Assembly: GCA_038212275.1 (NCBI GenBank)
Contig: JBBQUR010000013.1
Coordinates: 1 to 64,000, forward strand
Origin: Planctomycetota bacterium
Lineage (GTDB): Bacteria; Planctomycetota; B15-G4
Reading direction: 5' to 3'
Length of the DNA: 64,000 bases
Under the pieces are notes generated by a model that was not told where the DNA came from, made no database searches, and saw only the letters and a list, made by a program, of their open reading frames with translations. Positions within the stretch are counted from its first letter, which is position 1. Each line of letters starts with the position of its first letter. Both the position numbers and the translations under genes were made by a program. Below are positions 1 to 9,489 of the stretch, piece by piece.

Positions 1-243
1 CGGGACCCGCCCCACCCCCGCATGGCGCGGAACCCCGTGCCTCGGCGTGCGTGCGCGGGACGGGAGGTTTGTCCGGCGCGAAGGGCGCCGCTCCCGGAAT
101 TGCTCCGCGTCCTGTTGCCCCACGGGCGCAGCGCCGGACAACCCTCCCGCCCCGCGCACTCCCCGTGCCAAGCGACTCCCGCCCATCTCGCCCCCAGGGG
201 CAGCCCCCGGCCAAGCGAAGCCGCGCCCCAAGCGCGCCGCCTC

Positions 244-1608
244 CTACGAGTCCATCACGCACCGGAACTTGCTGAACACGTAAGGGTAGTGAGGCTGGAA
301 CCAGTTCCTGAAGCTTCGACGCAGCAGGTGCGCGTCAGTCGCGAAGCTGCCGCCGAGCAGCACGTAGTGCTTGCCGTCGAAGAAATCCGACGAGTAGCCG
401 GGGTAGTCGGGCATGTAGGGCGTGAAGCCTGGAAATGGCGCGAAGACGGTCGAGGTCCACTCCCAGCCGTTGCCGACCAGTTCGTGAACCCCGAAGGCCG
501 AGGCGCCCTCCGGGTGGCTGCCCACGGGTACGGGATCCCAGCGTTGCAGGTCGAAGTTGCCGTGCCGCGGTGCGGGCTCGGCATCGCCCCAGGGGCGACG
601 TCGCGTGCTGCCGTCGGGCGTTCCGTGTGCGGCTCGGTGGTACTCGGCCTCGGTCGGCAGACGGGCGCCGCGCCACCGCGCAAAGGCCGCTGCCTCGGAC
701 CAGGAGACCGACACCGGCCAGTCGAAGACGCGCCGCAGTGGCAACTCGTCGAAGAGCGAGCGGTAATGGAGTTCGCCATCGCGGGTGACCCAGCAATCGG
801 GATGCGTCTGCTCGCGGGAGCGGCACCAGCGCCAGCCGTCCGCCGTCCACAGCTCGGGCTTCGCGTAGCCGCCGGCGCGCATGAACTCCTCGAAGTCGCC
901 ATTGGTCACGGGCGTGCTGTCGATCTGGAACGCGGGCACTTCCACGGCGAGCTGCGGAAACTCGTTGTCCCAGCCGAAGGGGATGTCGTCGTAGCGCGCA
1001 CCGAGCACGGCGCGGCCCGCGGGGATGCGCACGGTACGCCGCGCCGCGCCCGGCACGAAGGACGGCGGGGGCCGATCGGCGGGCGGGCGCCGCGCGGACG
1101 GCGGCAATTGCGCGAGCATGTAGAGCAGCGTCTCGTGGTGCATGAGCTCGTGCTCGAGCACCGCGTAGAAGGCTCGGCCGCCTCGCGCCATGACGTGCTG
1201 CTTGTGCAGCTGCCGGTCCGCCACGACGGCGAAGGCCTCGCGCAGCGCGGCGCGCACCTCGTCGCGCCACGCGATGATCTCGTCCACCGCCGGCCAGCGC
1301 GCAGGGTCGACCTGCGACAGGGGCGCCAGCTGCCCCTCCCGGACTCCGAGGTCGGCCATGTCGGGCGGATCGATGCCGCGCTGGAAGAGATCCTCGAAGT
1401 CGGGCCTGCTCCCGCTGACCCCGAGCAGCGGACGACAGACCTGACTCCAGGCGAAGGCCGGCAGGTGCCCCAGATAGAAGACGAAGGGATGCCGCAGCGC
1501 GATCGGTCGGGCGTGGAGGGCGTCGGGCGCGAGCAGCGCGAAGATCTCGTCGCTGCGGCGCCAGGCGGCGCACACTCGCTCGATGAGCGGGAGCGTGAGT
1601 CGCATCAT
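244..1608 (-). CDS. egtB: Non-heme iron sulfoxide synthase (DinB_2 + FGE-sulfatase domains), EgtB/Egt1/OvoA family; ergothioneine biosynthesis
   Basis: Has LRHPFVFYLGH and the iron-binding EHELMHHET (HxxxHxE) motif. C-terminal FGE-like motifs RLPTEAEY, GNGWEWT and RRSFRNWF. ATGA overlap with egtD. Confidence 0.85.
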   Translation of the reverse strand: MMRLTLPLIERVCAAWRRSDEIFALLAPDALHARPIALRHPFVFYLGHLPAFAWSQVCRPLLGVSGSRPDFEDLFQRGIDPPDMADLGVREGQLAPLSQVDPARWPAVDEIIAWRDEVRAALREAFAVVADRQLHKQHVMARGGRAFYAVLEHELMHHETLLYMLAQLPPSARRPPADRPPPSFVPGAARRTVRIPAGRAVLGARYDDIPFGWDNEFPQLAVEVPAFQIDSTPVTNGDFEEFMRAGGYAKPELWTADGWRWCRSREQTHPDCWVTRDGELHYRSLFDELPLRRVFDWPVSVSWSEAAAFARWRGARLPTEAEYHRAAHGTPDGSTRRRPWGDAEPAPRHGNFDLQRWDPVPVGSHPEGASAFGVHELVGNGWEWTSTVFAPFPGFTPYMPDYPGYSSDFFDGKHYVLLGGSFATDAHLLRRSFRNWFQPHYPYVFSKFRCVMDS

Positions 1609-2588
1609 GCGGGGACGGGCTCCGGCTTCAGCAGGGCGAGCGCAAAACGGCCCGCCTTGTCGGTGTCCCAGCGCGTGAGCGACAGCCCCGAGCCGACCGC
1701 GCGCGCTGCGAAGGAGTCGCGCGTGTACTTGGCCGAGAGCTCCGTGCGCAGCTCTTCGCCGGCGCGGAAGTCGAGCACCAGCCCGAGCCCGTGGATCGTC
1801 ACGCGCTGGGCCACCGCGCTGCGCAGGCGCATCTCGATCCAGGCATTTTCCTCGTCCCAGAAGGCGACGTGCTCCCAGCGCTCGGGCCGGAAATCGGCGC
1901 GCAACTCGCGGTTCATCACGCGCAGGATGTTGCGGTTGAAGGCAGCTGTGATGCCGGCCCGGTCGTTGTAGGCCCTCCTGAGCACGTCGGGGTCCTTGAC
2001 CGTGTCGACGCCGACGAGCAGCGCGTCGCCCGGCGCGAGCAGCGCGCGCACGCGCGTCAGGAATCCGGGCACTTCCCCGGGCGGGAGGTTGCCGATGGTG
2101 CCGGCAAGAAACAGCACGAGTCGGCGCGGGCCGCCGGGCACGCGCAGCAGGCGCGCAAGGTCACGCTGGAAATCGCCGGTGACACCCTCGATTCCGACGC
2201 CGGGATACTCGGCCGTCAACCTCGCGACCGAACTGCGCAGGTACAGCGCGTTGACGTCGAAGAGCAGACAGCGCTGCAACTCGCCGCGCGCGGCCATGGC
2301 GTCCAGCAGCAGCCGCACCTTGCGCCCCGCACCGCTGCCGAGCTCGACGAGTTCGCCCGGCGCCAGCTCCGCCACGAGTTCGCCGGCCCGGGCGGCGAGC
2401 AGGGCTTCCTCGGTGCGTGTCTGGTAGTACTCCGGCTGGCGCGTGATCTGCTCGAACAGCTCGCTGCCGACATCGTCGTAGAAGTACATGCAGGGCAGCG
2501 AACGCGGCCGCGCCAGAAGCGCGGCGCTGACGTCTCGGGCCATCCGCCCCCGCGTCGGAACGGCTTCCAGCGGCGATGTCCCGTGCAT
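1605..2588 (-). CDS. egtD: L-histidine N(alpha)-methyltransferase (Methyltransf_33)
   Basis: YFYDxxGSELFEQIT..PEYYxTRTE, VELGSG (SAM binding), TIGN, AYND..G.TAAFNRNIL, WIEM and TELSAKY motifs. Confidence 0.92.
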   Translation of the reverse strand: MHGTSPLEAVPTRGRMARDVSAALLARPRSLPCMYFYDDVGSELFEQITRQPEYYQTRTEEALLAARAGELVAELAPGELVELGSGAGRKVRLLLDAMAARGELQRCLLFDVNALYLRSSVARLTAEYPGVGIEGVTGDFQRDLARLLRVPGGPRRLVLFLAGTIGNLPPGEVPGFLTRVRALLAPGDALLVGVDTVKDPDVLRRAYNDRAGITAAFNRNILRVMNRELRADFRPERWEHVAFWDEENAWIEMRLRSAVAQRVTIHGLGLVLDFRAGEELRTELSAKYTRDSFAARAVGSGLSLTRWDTDKAGRFALALLKPEPVPA

Positions 2589-2654
2589 GTGCGACCCTCC
2601 GCGGCGGACTTCCGGTTGCCGGGCTGCGTGCCGCGCCGGGCGCGGCGGGCCCCA

Positions 2655-4313
2655 TCACATCACCATGACGACTCGATTGCGACCCGTGGATTTCGCCTGA
2701 TACAGGCAGCGGTCCGCGACCTCGAACGCGAGCTTCGCATCGTGCCCCACGGCGGCGTTGCTGAGCGAGCCGCCACCGCTCACGGTGATGACGCCCTTCG
2801 GCATGGAGGCGTGGACGATCGCGGCGTCTTGAACCCGTCCGCGGATGCGCTCACCCAGGGCGAGCAGACCCACGGCGTCCGTGCCCGTGGCAAGGACGAC
2901 GAATTCCTCGCCGCCGTAGCGGGCGACGGTATCGATGCGCCGCGCCTCGGCATTGATGATCCCCGCCACGCGCCGCAGCACCTCGTCGCCGGCGGCATGC
3001 CCGTAGCGGTCGTTGTAGTCCTTGAAGCTGTCCACATCGAAGATCAACAGCCCGAAGGGGACGCCGGTGCGCTGGGCGCGCTCTCGCTCCTTGTCGACCT
3101 GCACCTCGAAGGCACGCCGGTTGAGGATGCTCGTGAGCGGGTCGGTGTTGGACATCTCGAGCAGCCGGCGGTTGGCGTCGTTCAGCTCGCGCTCCTTGCG
3201 CTCGAGTTCGAGCGTCTTCTGGCGCGATTCCGCCGTCTGCGCCGCGACCCGCTGCTGGATCACTTCGCTGCGCCGGCTCATGGTCCATGTGATCCACGCG
3301 AAGAGCAGCACCATGATGCAGATGGATGCCGTCAGCAGCGTGGAGGGTTTCGCGAGGAACTCGTCCACGCTGGGTGCCGGACGGCTCACGGGCGAGACGA
3401 GCACCGTCCACAGCCGGTCGAAGACCTCCAGGTCATGGCGGGACGGGGCAAATCCGGCCATGGCCGGCCGCCCCTCCTCCGCAAGCAATTCGCCCTTCTC
3501 GTCGTAGAGCGCGAGATGCACCTCGGGCGAGGGGTCCAGGTGGTCGGGCTGCCTCAGGGCCTGCTGCAGCAGGTCCTGCAGCGAGAACATGCCGATCACG
3601 AAGCCCTTCACACGGTCGGTGACGGCGGGCGGTCGCTGCGTGGCGCCGCCCTGATAGACGGGCAGGGCCACCAGGACGTCGAGCTTCAGCGGATCCGCCT
3701 CGTCCGAAAGCGGCCGGGTCGGACCGCTCATCGCAGCGGCACCGCTCGTGGCGGCCTCCTCCAGCACGGCCGCCAGCTTCGGATCGCTCGACAGAGCGAG
3801 CCCCTCCACCTGCTCGTAGGAATAGCGGCTGCAGGCATGATCCACGACGTCATGGACTGAGTCCTGCTCGACGGCATCGAGCATCCGGTCATGCACCGTG
3901 AATCGGGCATCGTCGCCCTCGACCCGGCGGATGCGCACGAAGCTGGACAGGTCCCCTGCCTCCACGCGCTGCACCCAGGCCACCGTGCGCAGCGGCCCGT
4001 AGCGGCTGTCCTGGGCGCGCGCGAAGACCGGATCGACGAAGGCGCGCAGATCCTCGCTGCTCAGCCGCATGCCGGTCCTGCCGCTTGCTTCGAGCGTGAA
4101 CAGCGTGGACAGAAAGCGCAGCAGGTCGGTCTGCTGCGTGATGCCGTCCGCCAGGCGCTGTGCGTAGCGCGAGCCGCTCTCCCCGAACTGGTCTTCCCAC
4201 TGCTGCGCTTCGACGCCGCGCGTGAGGTTGAAGGTGAAGACAGCCACCGACAACCCGAGCAGGATCACCAGCGCGGAGGCGATGGCCGGTGATGGACTTT
4301 CCCTGCCGAACAT
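2655..4313 (-). CDS. Membrane diguanylate cyclase with CHASE-like sensor and GGDEF domain
   Basis: Two TM helices flank a sensor region, followed by a coiled coil, DPLT, FKDYNDRYGH, the RxxD I-site (RRID) and an intact GGEEF. Start placed at ATG 4313. Confidence 0.88.
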   Translation of the reverse strand: MFGRESPSPAIASALVILLGLSVAVFTFNLTRGVEAQQWEDQFGESGSRYAQRLADGITQQTDLLRFLSTLFTLEASGRTGMRLSSEDLRAFVDPVFARAQDSRYGPLRTVAWVQRVEAGDLSSFVRIRRVEGDDARFTVHDRMLDAVEQDSVHDVVDHACSRYSYEQVEGLALSSDPKLAAVLEEAATSGAAAMSGPTRPLSDEADPLKLDVLVALPVYQGGATQRPPAVTDRVKGFVIGMFSLQDLLQQALRQPDHLDPSPEVHLALYDEKGELLAEEGRPAMAGFAPSRHDLEVFDRLWTVLVSPVSRPAPSVDEFLAKPSTLLTASICIMVLLFAWITWTMSRRSEVIQQRVAAQTAESRQKTLELERKERELNDANRRLLEMSNTDPLTSILNRRAFEVQVDKERERAQRTGVPFGLLIFDVDSFKDYNDRYGHAAGDEVLRRVAGIINAEARRIDTVARYGGEEFVVLATGTDAVGLLALGERIRGRVQDAAIVHASMPKGVITVSGGGSLSNAAVGHDAKLAFEVADRCLYQAKSTGRNRVVMVM

Positions 4314-4505
4314 GATGACTGCTCTTATACGCACCGGAGAGCCGGGGACCAACGGACTGACCGGTCGGACGCCGACGGGAAGTTCCCGCATGGAGCGCCT
4401 GGTGCCGCACACCGGCCATCGACCGGGCTGTGGACAGACTCGTTCAGCTGCGCGAACGCATCATCGCCGAAGCGAGGCGGCTGGCGGATGCCTGCCGCCC
4501 GCTGA

Positions 4506-5780
4506 TCAGTAGCCGACCGGCACGGACGAGGTGCTCCCGGCCTGCAGCTGGCTGGGATCGTTGGAGTACATCTGGGCCGTGTCCATCGTGATCAGTCCCT
4601 TGGCCACGAGCGACATGAGGTGCTTCTCCATGGTCACCATGTGCTCCTTGGCCTGCAGCTGCATGGTGGCGTAGATCTGGTGCCAGTTGCCCGTGCGGAT
4701 CAGGTTCGAGATCGCCGGGATGTTCTTCATGATCTCGTAGGTTGCGACGCGGCCCTTGCCGTCCTTGCGCGGCAGCAGCTTCTGCGCGATCACGTAGGCC
4801 AGGCTGAACGACAGCTGCGACATGACTTCCTTGCTGCGTTCGGCCGGGAACAGGTCCACGATGCGCGTGACCACGCCCTTGGCATCGCGCGTGTGCAGCG
4901 TGCTGAACACGAGGTGCCCGGTCTCGGCCGCGGACAGAGCCAGCGTGGCCGTTTCGGTGTCACGGATCTCGCCCACCATGATGACGTCGGGGTCTTCGCG
5001 CAGCGCGGAGCGCAGGCCCCCGTGGAACGTCGGCGTGTGCAGGCCCACCTCGCGCTGCGAGATGAGGCACTTGTCGTTCTTCATCACGAATTCGACGGGG
5101 TCCTCGAGCGTGATGACGCGCAGGTTCTGGCTGCGGTTCAGTTCGGCCATGATGGCCGCGATGGTCGTGCTCTTGCCCGAGCCCGTGATGCCGGTGATGA
5201 CGACGAGGCCCTGGCTCATCTTCAGGATGTGCTTGAGGACCTCCATCTCGGGGAATCCCAGCGTGTCGATGCTCGGGATCACGCGCGGCAGCGAGCGGAT
5301 GACGCAGGCCAGACCGTCGCGGTCGTGGAAGGCATTGATGCGGAAGTTCATGCCTCCGTCCTCCTCGAGGTGGAAGGCGGCGTCGACGTCCTGCGGATAC
5401 TCGCGCTCCAGCTTCTCGATCTGGTCGTGGCGCAGCAGCGGGTAGACGAGCCCCTTGACGTGCTCGAGCGTCAGCGGTGCCGCGGCGTCGAGCGGCACCA
5501 GATCGCCGTCGAGGCGGTACCGCGCCGACGTCCCGACCTTGAGGTGCAGGTCCGCGAGGCGCGAGATGCCGGCGCGCTGGTACTTCTCGTCGGAGAAGCG
5601 CGTGAGCAGGTCGAGGATCGAGATCTCCTCGCCCGCGACCGGGTACAGCTTGACCGGCAGGAATTTGTGCCGCCGGTCCTCGTAACTGCGCCGGTCGTTC
5701 ACGCCATCAAACGGCACTTCCTGGTCTGCCACGCCGAACCTCCGCCAAGGGAATCCCCGCCGAGGGGAGCTTGACTTCAT
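4506..5780 (-). CDS. pilT: PilT/PilU family type IV pilus retraction ATPase
   Basis: Walker A GITGSGKS, Asp box EDPVE, ALREDPDVIMVGEIRD, His box GHLVFSTLH and AISNLIR. Confidence 0.9.
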   Translation of the reverse strand: MKSSSPRRGFPWRRFGVADQEVPFDGVNDRRSYEDRRHKFLPVKLYPVAGEEISILDLLTRFSDEKYQRAGISRLADLHLKVGTSARYRLDGDLVPLDAAAPLTLEHVKGLVYPLLRHDQIEKLEREYPQDVDAAFHLEEDGGMNFRINAFHDRDGLACVIRSLPRVIPSIDTLGFPEMEVLKHILKMSQGLVVITGITGSGKSTTIAAIMAELNRSQNLRVITLEDPVEFVMKNDKCLISQREVGLHTPTFHGGLRSALREDPDVIMVGEIRDTETATLALSAAETGHLVFSTLHTRDAKGVVTRIVDLFPAERSKEVMSQLSFSLAYVIAQKLLPRKDGKGRVATYEIMKNIPAISNLIRTGNWHQIYATMQLQAKEHMVTMEKHLMSLVAKGLITMDTAQMYSNDPSQLQAGSTSSVPVGY

Positions 5781-5930
5781 CGGTCATGCGGCGTCCACGA
5801 CTTGCGCGAGATGGCCGGGCATCCCCCCCCATCCTGGCCGGAATGAGTGGCCGACGTGGCCCGGCCGTCAGGCTGCCCGGAACCACGGCGCAGTCATGAG
5901 CGCCGGGAGGCGCAGCACGCAGGACAGCTG

Positions 5931-7643
5931 TCAGGGCGCGATGTCGAGAATCGTGGCGTTGCTCATGGGAGCCGGATAAGTGTGCGCGGCATCCAGCGCG
6001 GCAAACTGCCAGTAGACGGTCAGGCCTGCACCTGCCGCCGGGATCGTGAAGGAAGGCAGCGTCGTCGTGCCCCCCGGGCCGGCCGCGAGTGGCGCGAACA
6101 GGAAGAGGTTCGTGAAACCTGCACCGATGGCGAAGGAAACCTTGCTGGCCACCGAAGGCTGCGCCGAGATCGAGAGCGCCAGGAACTGGAGGTCGCCTGC
6201 CTGGCTGGTCAGCGTGTGCACCACCGAGTCGCCGACAGCCAGGTGCTGAGGGCCGGACTCGAGCCGCGGCGTTCCCGGAACGATGAGCGGCACCGCCAGC
6301 GCGACCGAGTCACCCATGGCGTTCTCGACGCTGATCTGGACCAGTCCCGAGCCGGACACGGCGGGCGGCGGCGAGATCGCGATGACCTGATCGTCCAGCA
6401 CCGAGAACTCGCCCGGGAGCAGCGTCACGTCTCCGAAGTGCACCACGGTGGCGTCGCTGAACGTGGCGCCGCTCAGGAGCACGGTGGACGGCAAAGCGCT
6501 GCCCGTGCCCAGCTTCTCCGGCCAGATCTCGGAGAGCGTCGGCCGGCCACCCGGATCGGCGGGCACCGGCGTGTTGAGCTTGAGGATCTGGAGCCCGAGC
6601 GCGATGTCGCTCACGTAGATGAAGCCGGAAGGCTGGAAGGGGTAGCAGCCCCAGGCGCCCATCGGAAGACCCATGATCGTCGACGGAGGCGAGGTCTCGA
6701 ACTGGCCCAGTTTCACGGGGTGGGCGGGATTCGCGATGTCCCATGCGATGTAGCCGCGGTCGTAGTACGACGCATGCACCACGTGGCCCTTGATGAACGG
6801 ATTGTGAGGGATGGTGTTCCCGCCCTGCGAGATGTTCGAGAGGAGCTTCGGATGCAGCTTGTCCGTGATGTTCCACACGGTGAGGTTGCGGATCCCCGTC
6901 GTCTCGTCCGCGATGACGACCACGTTGTCGTCATCCGTGGTCCACGTGCTGTGCGTGAAGTCGGCCGGCGAGGCCTTGGCTCCCACGACGGTGATCGTCG
7001 GCAGATTCGAGACGTCGAGGATCGCGTAGAGGCCGTCCTGGATCATCCCGACGTGCGCGAGGCCGTCGTGCACGTAGACATCGTGCGTGTACCCGTTGAG
7101 GCCCGGACCGGAGGGCACGCCCTGACCGGTCCACGTCTTCACCAGCGGTGGATTGACCGGGTTGACCACGAGGTCGTAGATGGCCATGCCCGCATCGGTG
7201 CCGCACACGTAGAGCTTCCCGGTCTGCAGGTCCACCTGGATGTTGTGCGCGTGCTTGAGCAGGCTCACGCCGAAACTGTTCACGAGCACGGGTTGCTCGG
7301 GGTTCAGCATGTCGAAGACCTCGACGCCGCCCGAGCAGTCGTTGACCACGTAGACGTAGTGCTGCCAGCTCTTGAGGTCGCGCCAGAGGCATTGCGTGCC
7401 CGGGAAGTATCCGACCTCGTGAGGATGGAGCGGATCCGTCGCGTTGTAGATCACCGTGCCGTCACGCCCTCCCAGCAGCGCGTACTCACGACCGTCCGGA
7501 GCCACGTAGCCCCAGATGTCGTTGTAGTCGCCGTGAGCGTCCACCGCGGACAGGCGCGTCACGTTGAAGTCGGTCTGGGCGAGGCCGGCAGATGCGAGCA
7601 GCGCGAGGCCGGACACGACACGAAGCGGTGCATTCAGGAGCAT
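5931..7643 (-). CDS. Secreted choice-of-anchor B / LVIVD-repeat beta-propeller protein with IPT-like and C-terminal beta domains
   Basis: Signal peptide, NDIWGY..DGREYA, WRDLK, HAHNI, YTHD, PHNP, YYDRG and GAWGCYPF..SG motifs. Start chosen at MLLNAP. Confidence 0.8.
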   Translation of the reverse strand: MLLNAPLRVVSGLALLASAGLAQTDFNVTRLSAVDAHGDYNDIWGYVAPDGREYALLGGRDGTVIYNATDPLHPHEVGYFPGTQCLWRDLKSWQHYVYVVNDCSGGVEVFDMLNPEQPVLVNSFGVSLLKHAHNIQVDLQTGKLYVCGTDAGMAIYDLVVNPVNPPLVKTWTGQGVPSGPGLNGYTHDVYVHDGLAHVGMIQDGLYAILDVSNLPTITVVGAKASPADFTHSTWTTDDDNVVVIADETTGIRNLTVWNITDKLHPKLLSNISQGGNTIPHNPFIKGHVVHASYYDRGYIAWDIANPAHPVKLGQFETSPPSTIMGLPMGAWGCYPFQPSGFIYVSDIALGLQILKLNTPVPADPGGRPTLSEIWPEKLGTGSALPSTVLLSGATFSDATVVHFGDVTLLPGEFSVLDDQVIAISPPPAVSGSGLVQISVENAMGDSVALAVPLIVPGTPRLESGPQHLAVGDSVVHTLTSQAGDLQFLALSISAQPSVASKVSFAIGAGFTNLFLFAPLAAGPGGTTTLPSFTIPAAGAGLTVYWQFAALDAAHTYPAPMSNATILDIAP

Positions 7644-7804
7644 GCGAGACGTCCGCGAGGGGAGGGCGCGCCGGGGGAAAGGCGCGGTGGCATTCGGGGG
7701 AGGCGTCATCCAAAGCGGGATGGCCCGCGATGTCAAGGCGCGCGACGCCGATCCTGCCGACATTTTCCGCGAGCGGGCGCCCGGCATGGATCGGGTGCGA
7801 CCGC

Positions 7805-9328
7805 TCAGGGCGTGATGACGAAGCTCAGCGCATTGCTCGCGAAGTCGGCGGGACGGAAGGTGGCCCACGCGGCCGAGAGTGAGTGCCCCACCAGCGGCAG
7901 GAGGCTTCCCGCAGGCGGCAGGAAGCTCACGCTCGCGTGGCTCAGGCCATCGAGCCTTCCCGGACTGTTCACGAGCACGCCCGCCGCGCCGAAGTGCTGA
8001 CTGAGCGCGAAGAGTCGGTCTGGATTGAGCGGCAGCAGCGCGCCTCCCGGCAGGCTCACGCCCGGCCGGCTGCCGGAGGCGGACAGCAGCAGGACCGCAT
8101 CGCGTCCCGCCGCTGCCGTCGGGCCCAGGAGATCGAAGTCGAAGCCACCGCCCGCGGCGGACAGCATGTCGCTGACGGAGACGAGCGCGAGTCGGTGTTC
8201 GAGTGTCGGGTACGGGTAGAGCGTGGCAGCCATCGCGCCGTCGTCCACGCGCACGGCGAGGACATCCGTGCCGAGCCCCGCGCCGGCGAGGAACTGCAGA
8301 GCGTAGGTCCCGTCGCCGCGGTCGAGCACCGATTGCAGCTGCGCGAGCCCCGCGCTGCCCGGCGCATGCGTGACCGTCAGGGTGGCGCCGCCGTGCGTGA
8401 TCGGCATGCCGTCCAGGTCGAGCAGCGCCACCTCGAGCTGGCGCGTGCTGCTGCCGTCGCCGAGCACCTGATCGTCATCGAAAGCGGCCAGCGAGCGCAG
8501 GCCGTCGGGATGCCCCTGAGCCGCCTTCTTGAACTCCCCATACGCGGCCTGCAGCAGGTCGACCGGATCCGGATCCGCAGCGCCCGTTCCAGCGATGTTC
8601 AGATTCAGCCAGTACGTGCCCGACGCGCAGCCCTGGGCGTTGCACGGGCCGTCGGTGTCTCCCGCGCGCGAGACCATGAGAAAGCCGATGTGCGCCGACT
8701 TCGTGAAACCGTTCACCGGCGGCGAACCACAGCCCGTGGCATCCGAGGGACTGCACGAGCAGCGCCCGTCGCCTCCGAACGAGCGCGCGGCCTCCATTCC
8801 GGCCATCAACCGATCTGCCAGCGGGCCGTCCGTGAACATCACGGCCTGCACCGCGGCGTCGATCACGGGCGCGCCCGTGAGGATGTTGCCCTGAATCGCG
8901 TAGACGTAGTCGCCGAAGCTCCCGTGCACATCCGCCTTGAAGATCGAGGCGTTCTCGCCGGTGTAACCCGCCGCATCCGGCGAGAGATCGGCGATGCCGT
9001 ACTGGCGCTGCTTCTTGCTCAGGTCGCCTGCGAGCGCGATCTCGATGATCTCCGCCGGCGGCGTGCCCAGCTGAAGCTGCTCGAAGATCTTCTTGCGGTT
9101 CTTGGCGCCGGTGTCGATCTGGCTCTGCGCCACGCCGGCGCCCTTCGACACGACCATGACCGGCAGCAGCTTGCGCAGGTCGAGGCCCTCGAGGCAGGTC
9201 GCCGACGCGATCCCGATCTCCCCCGTCGATGTGTTGATCAGGATGATCGACCAGGTCGCGCCGGCGGGCGGGGCGCAGAAGGCAAGCAGCGCGAGCACCA
9301 GCACGGCCAGGCGGCGGGATCGATGCAT
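7805..9328 (-). CDS. Secreted DUF1028 (Ntn-hydrolase-like) protein with Ig/invasin-like and C-terminal beta domains
   Basis: Signal peptide ending AGA|TWSI (N-terminal Thr). RQYGI, QGNIL and GGDGRC motifs, plus a DRGDGTY Ig-like repeat. Confidence 0.8.
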   Translation of the reverse strand: MHRSRRLAVLVLALLAFCAPPAGATWSIILINTSTGEIGIASATCLEGLDLRKLLPVMVVSKGAGVAQSQIDTGAKNRKKIFEQLQLGTPPAEIIEIALAGDLSKKQRQYGIADLSPDAAGYTGENASIFKADVHGSFGDYVYAIQGNILTGAPVIDAAVQAVMFTDGPLADRLMAGMEAARSFGGDGRCSCSPSDATGCGSPPVNGFTKSAHIGFLMVSRAGDTDGPCNAQGCASGTYWLNLNIAGTGAADPDPVDLLQAAYGEFKKAAQGHPDGLRSLAAFDDDQVLGDGSSTRQLEVALLDLDGMPITHGGATLTVTHAPGSAGLAQLQSVLDRGDGTYALQFLAGAGLGTDVLAVRVDDGAMAATLYPYPTLEHRLALVSVSDMLSAAGGGFDFDLLGPTAAAGRDAVLLLSASGSRPGVSLPGGALLPLNPDRLFALSQHFGAAGVLVNSPGRLDGLSHASVSFLPPAGSLLPLVGHSLSAAWATFRPADFASNALSFVITP

Positions 9329-9489
9329 CGTCTGGCTCCGGAGCGACCATGTTCGCGCCACCGGCCCGCCCACCGGTACGGGTCCGGCGCGACAACCACC
9401 GACGGGGCGCGGCCACCCAGACTACTCCGTACCGCCCCGCCAGGTCGCCCCCACCTGCATGATCGCGTCGCGTTTCCTATCCTGCGAGC

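Noticed and set aside
244..1608. Selenoneine synthase SenA or formylglycine-generating enzyme for the sulfatase
   Set aside because: No senB/senC is seen nearby. The DinB iron motif and egtD coupling indicate EgtB, and the sulfatase lacks a (C/S)xPxR motif.
22..3860. Long plus-strand ORFs (22..1971, 1791..3860) and similar antisense ORFs elsewhere (5847..8000, 18223..20115, 37369..39537, 39530..41686, 49360..52359)
   Set aside because: They are shadows of real genes on the opposite strand. In high-GC DNA stop codons are rare, and these ORFs have no recognisable motifs.
5813..5839. C8 tract inside a weak hairpin upstream of pilT (possible phase variation)
   Set aside because: The tract is short for high-GC DNA and not clearly within a promoter spacer
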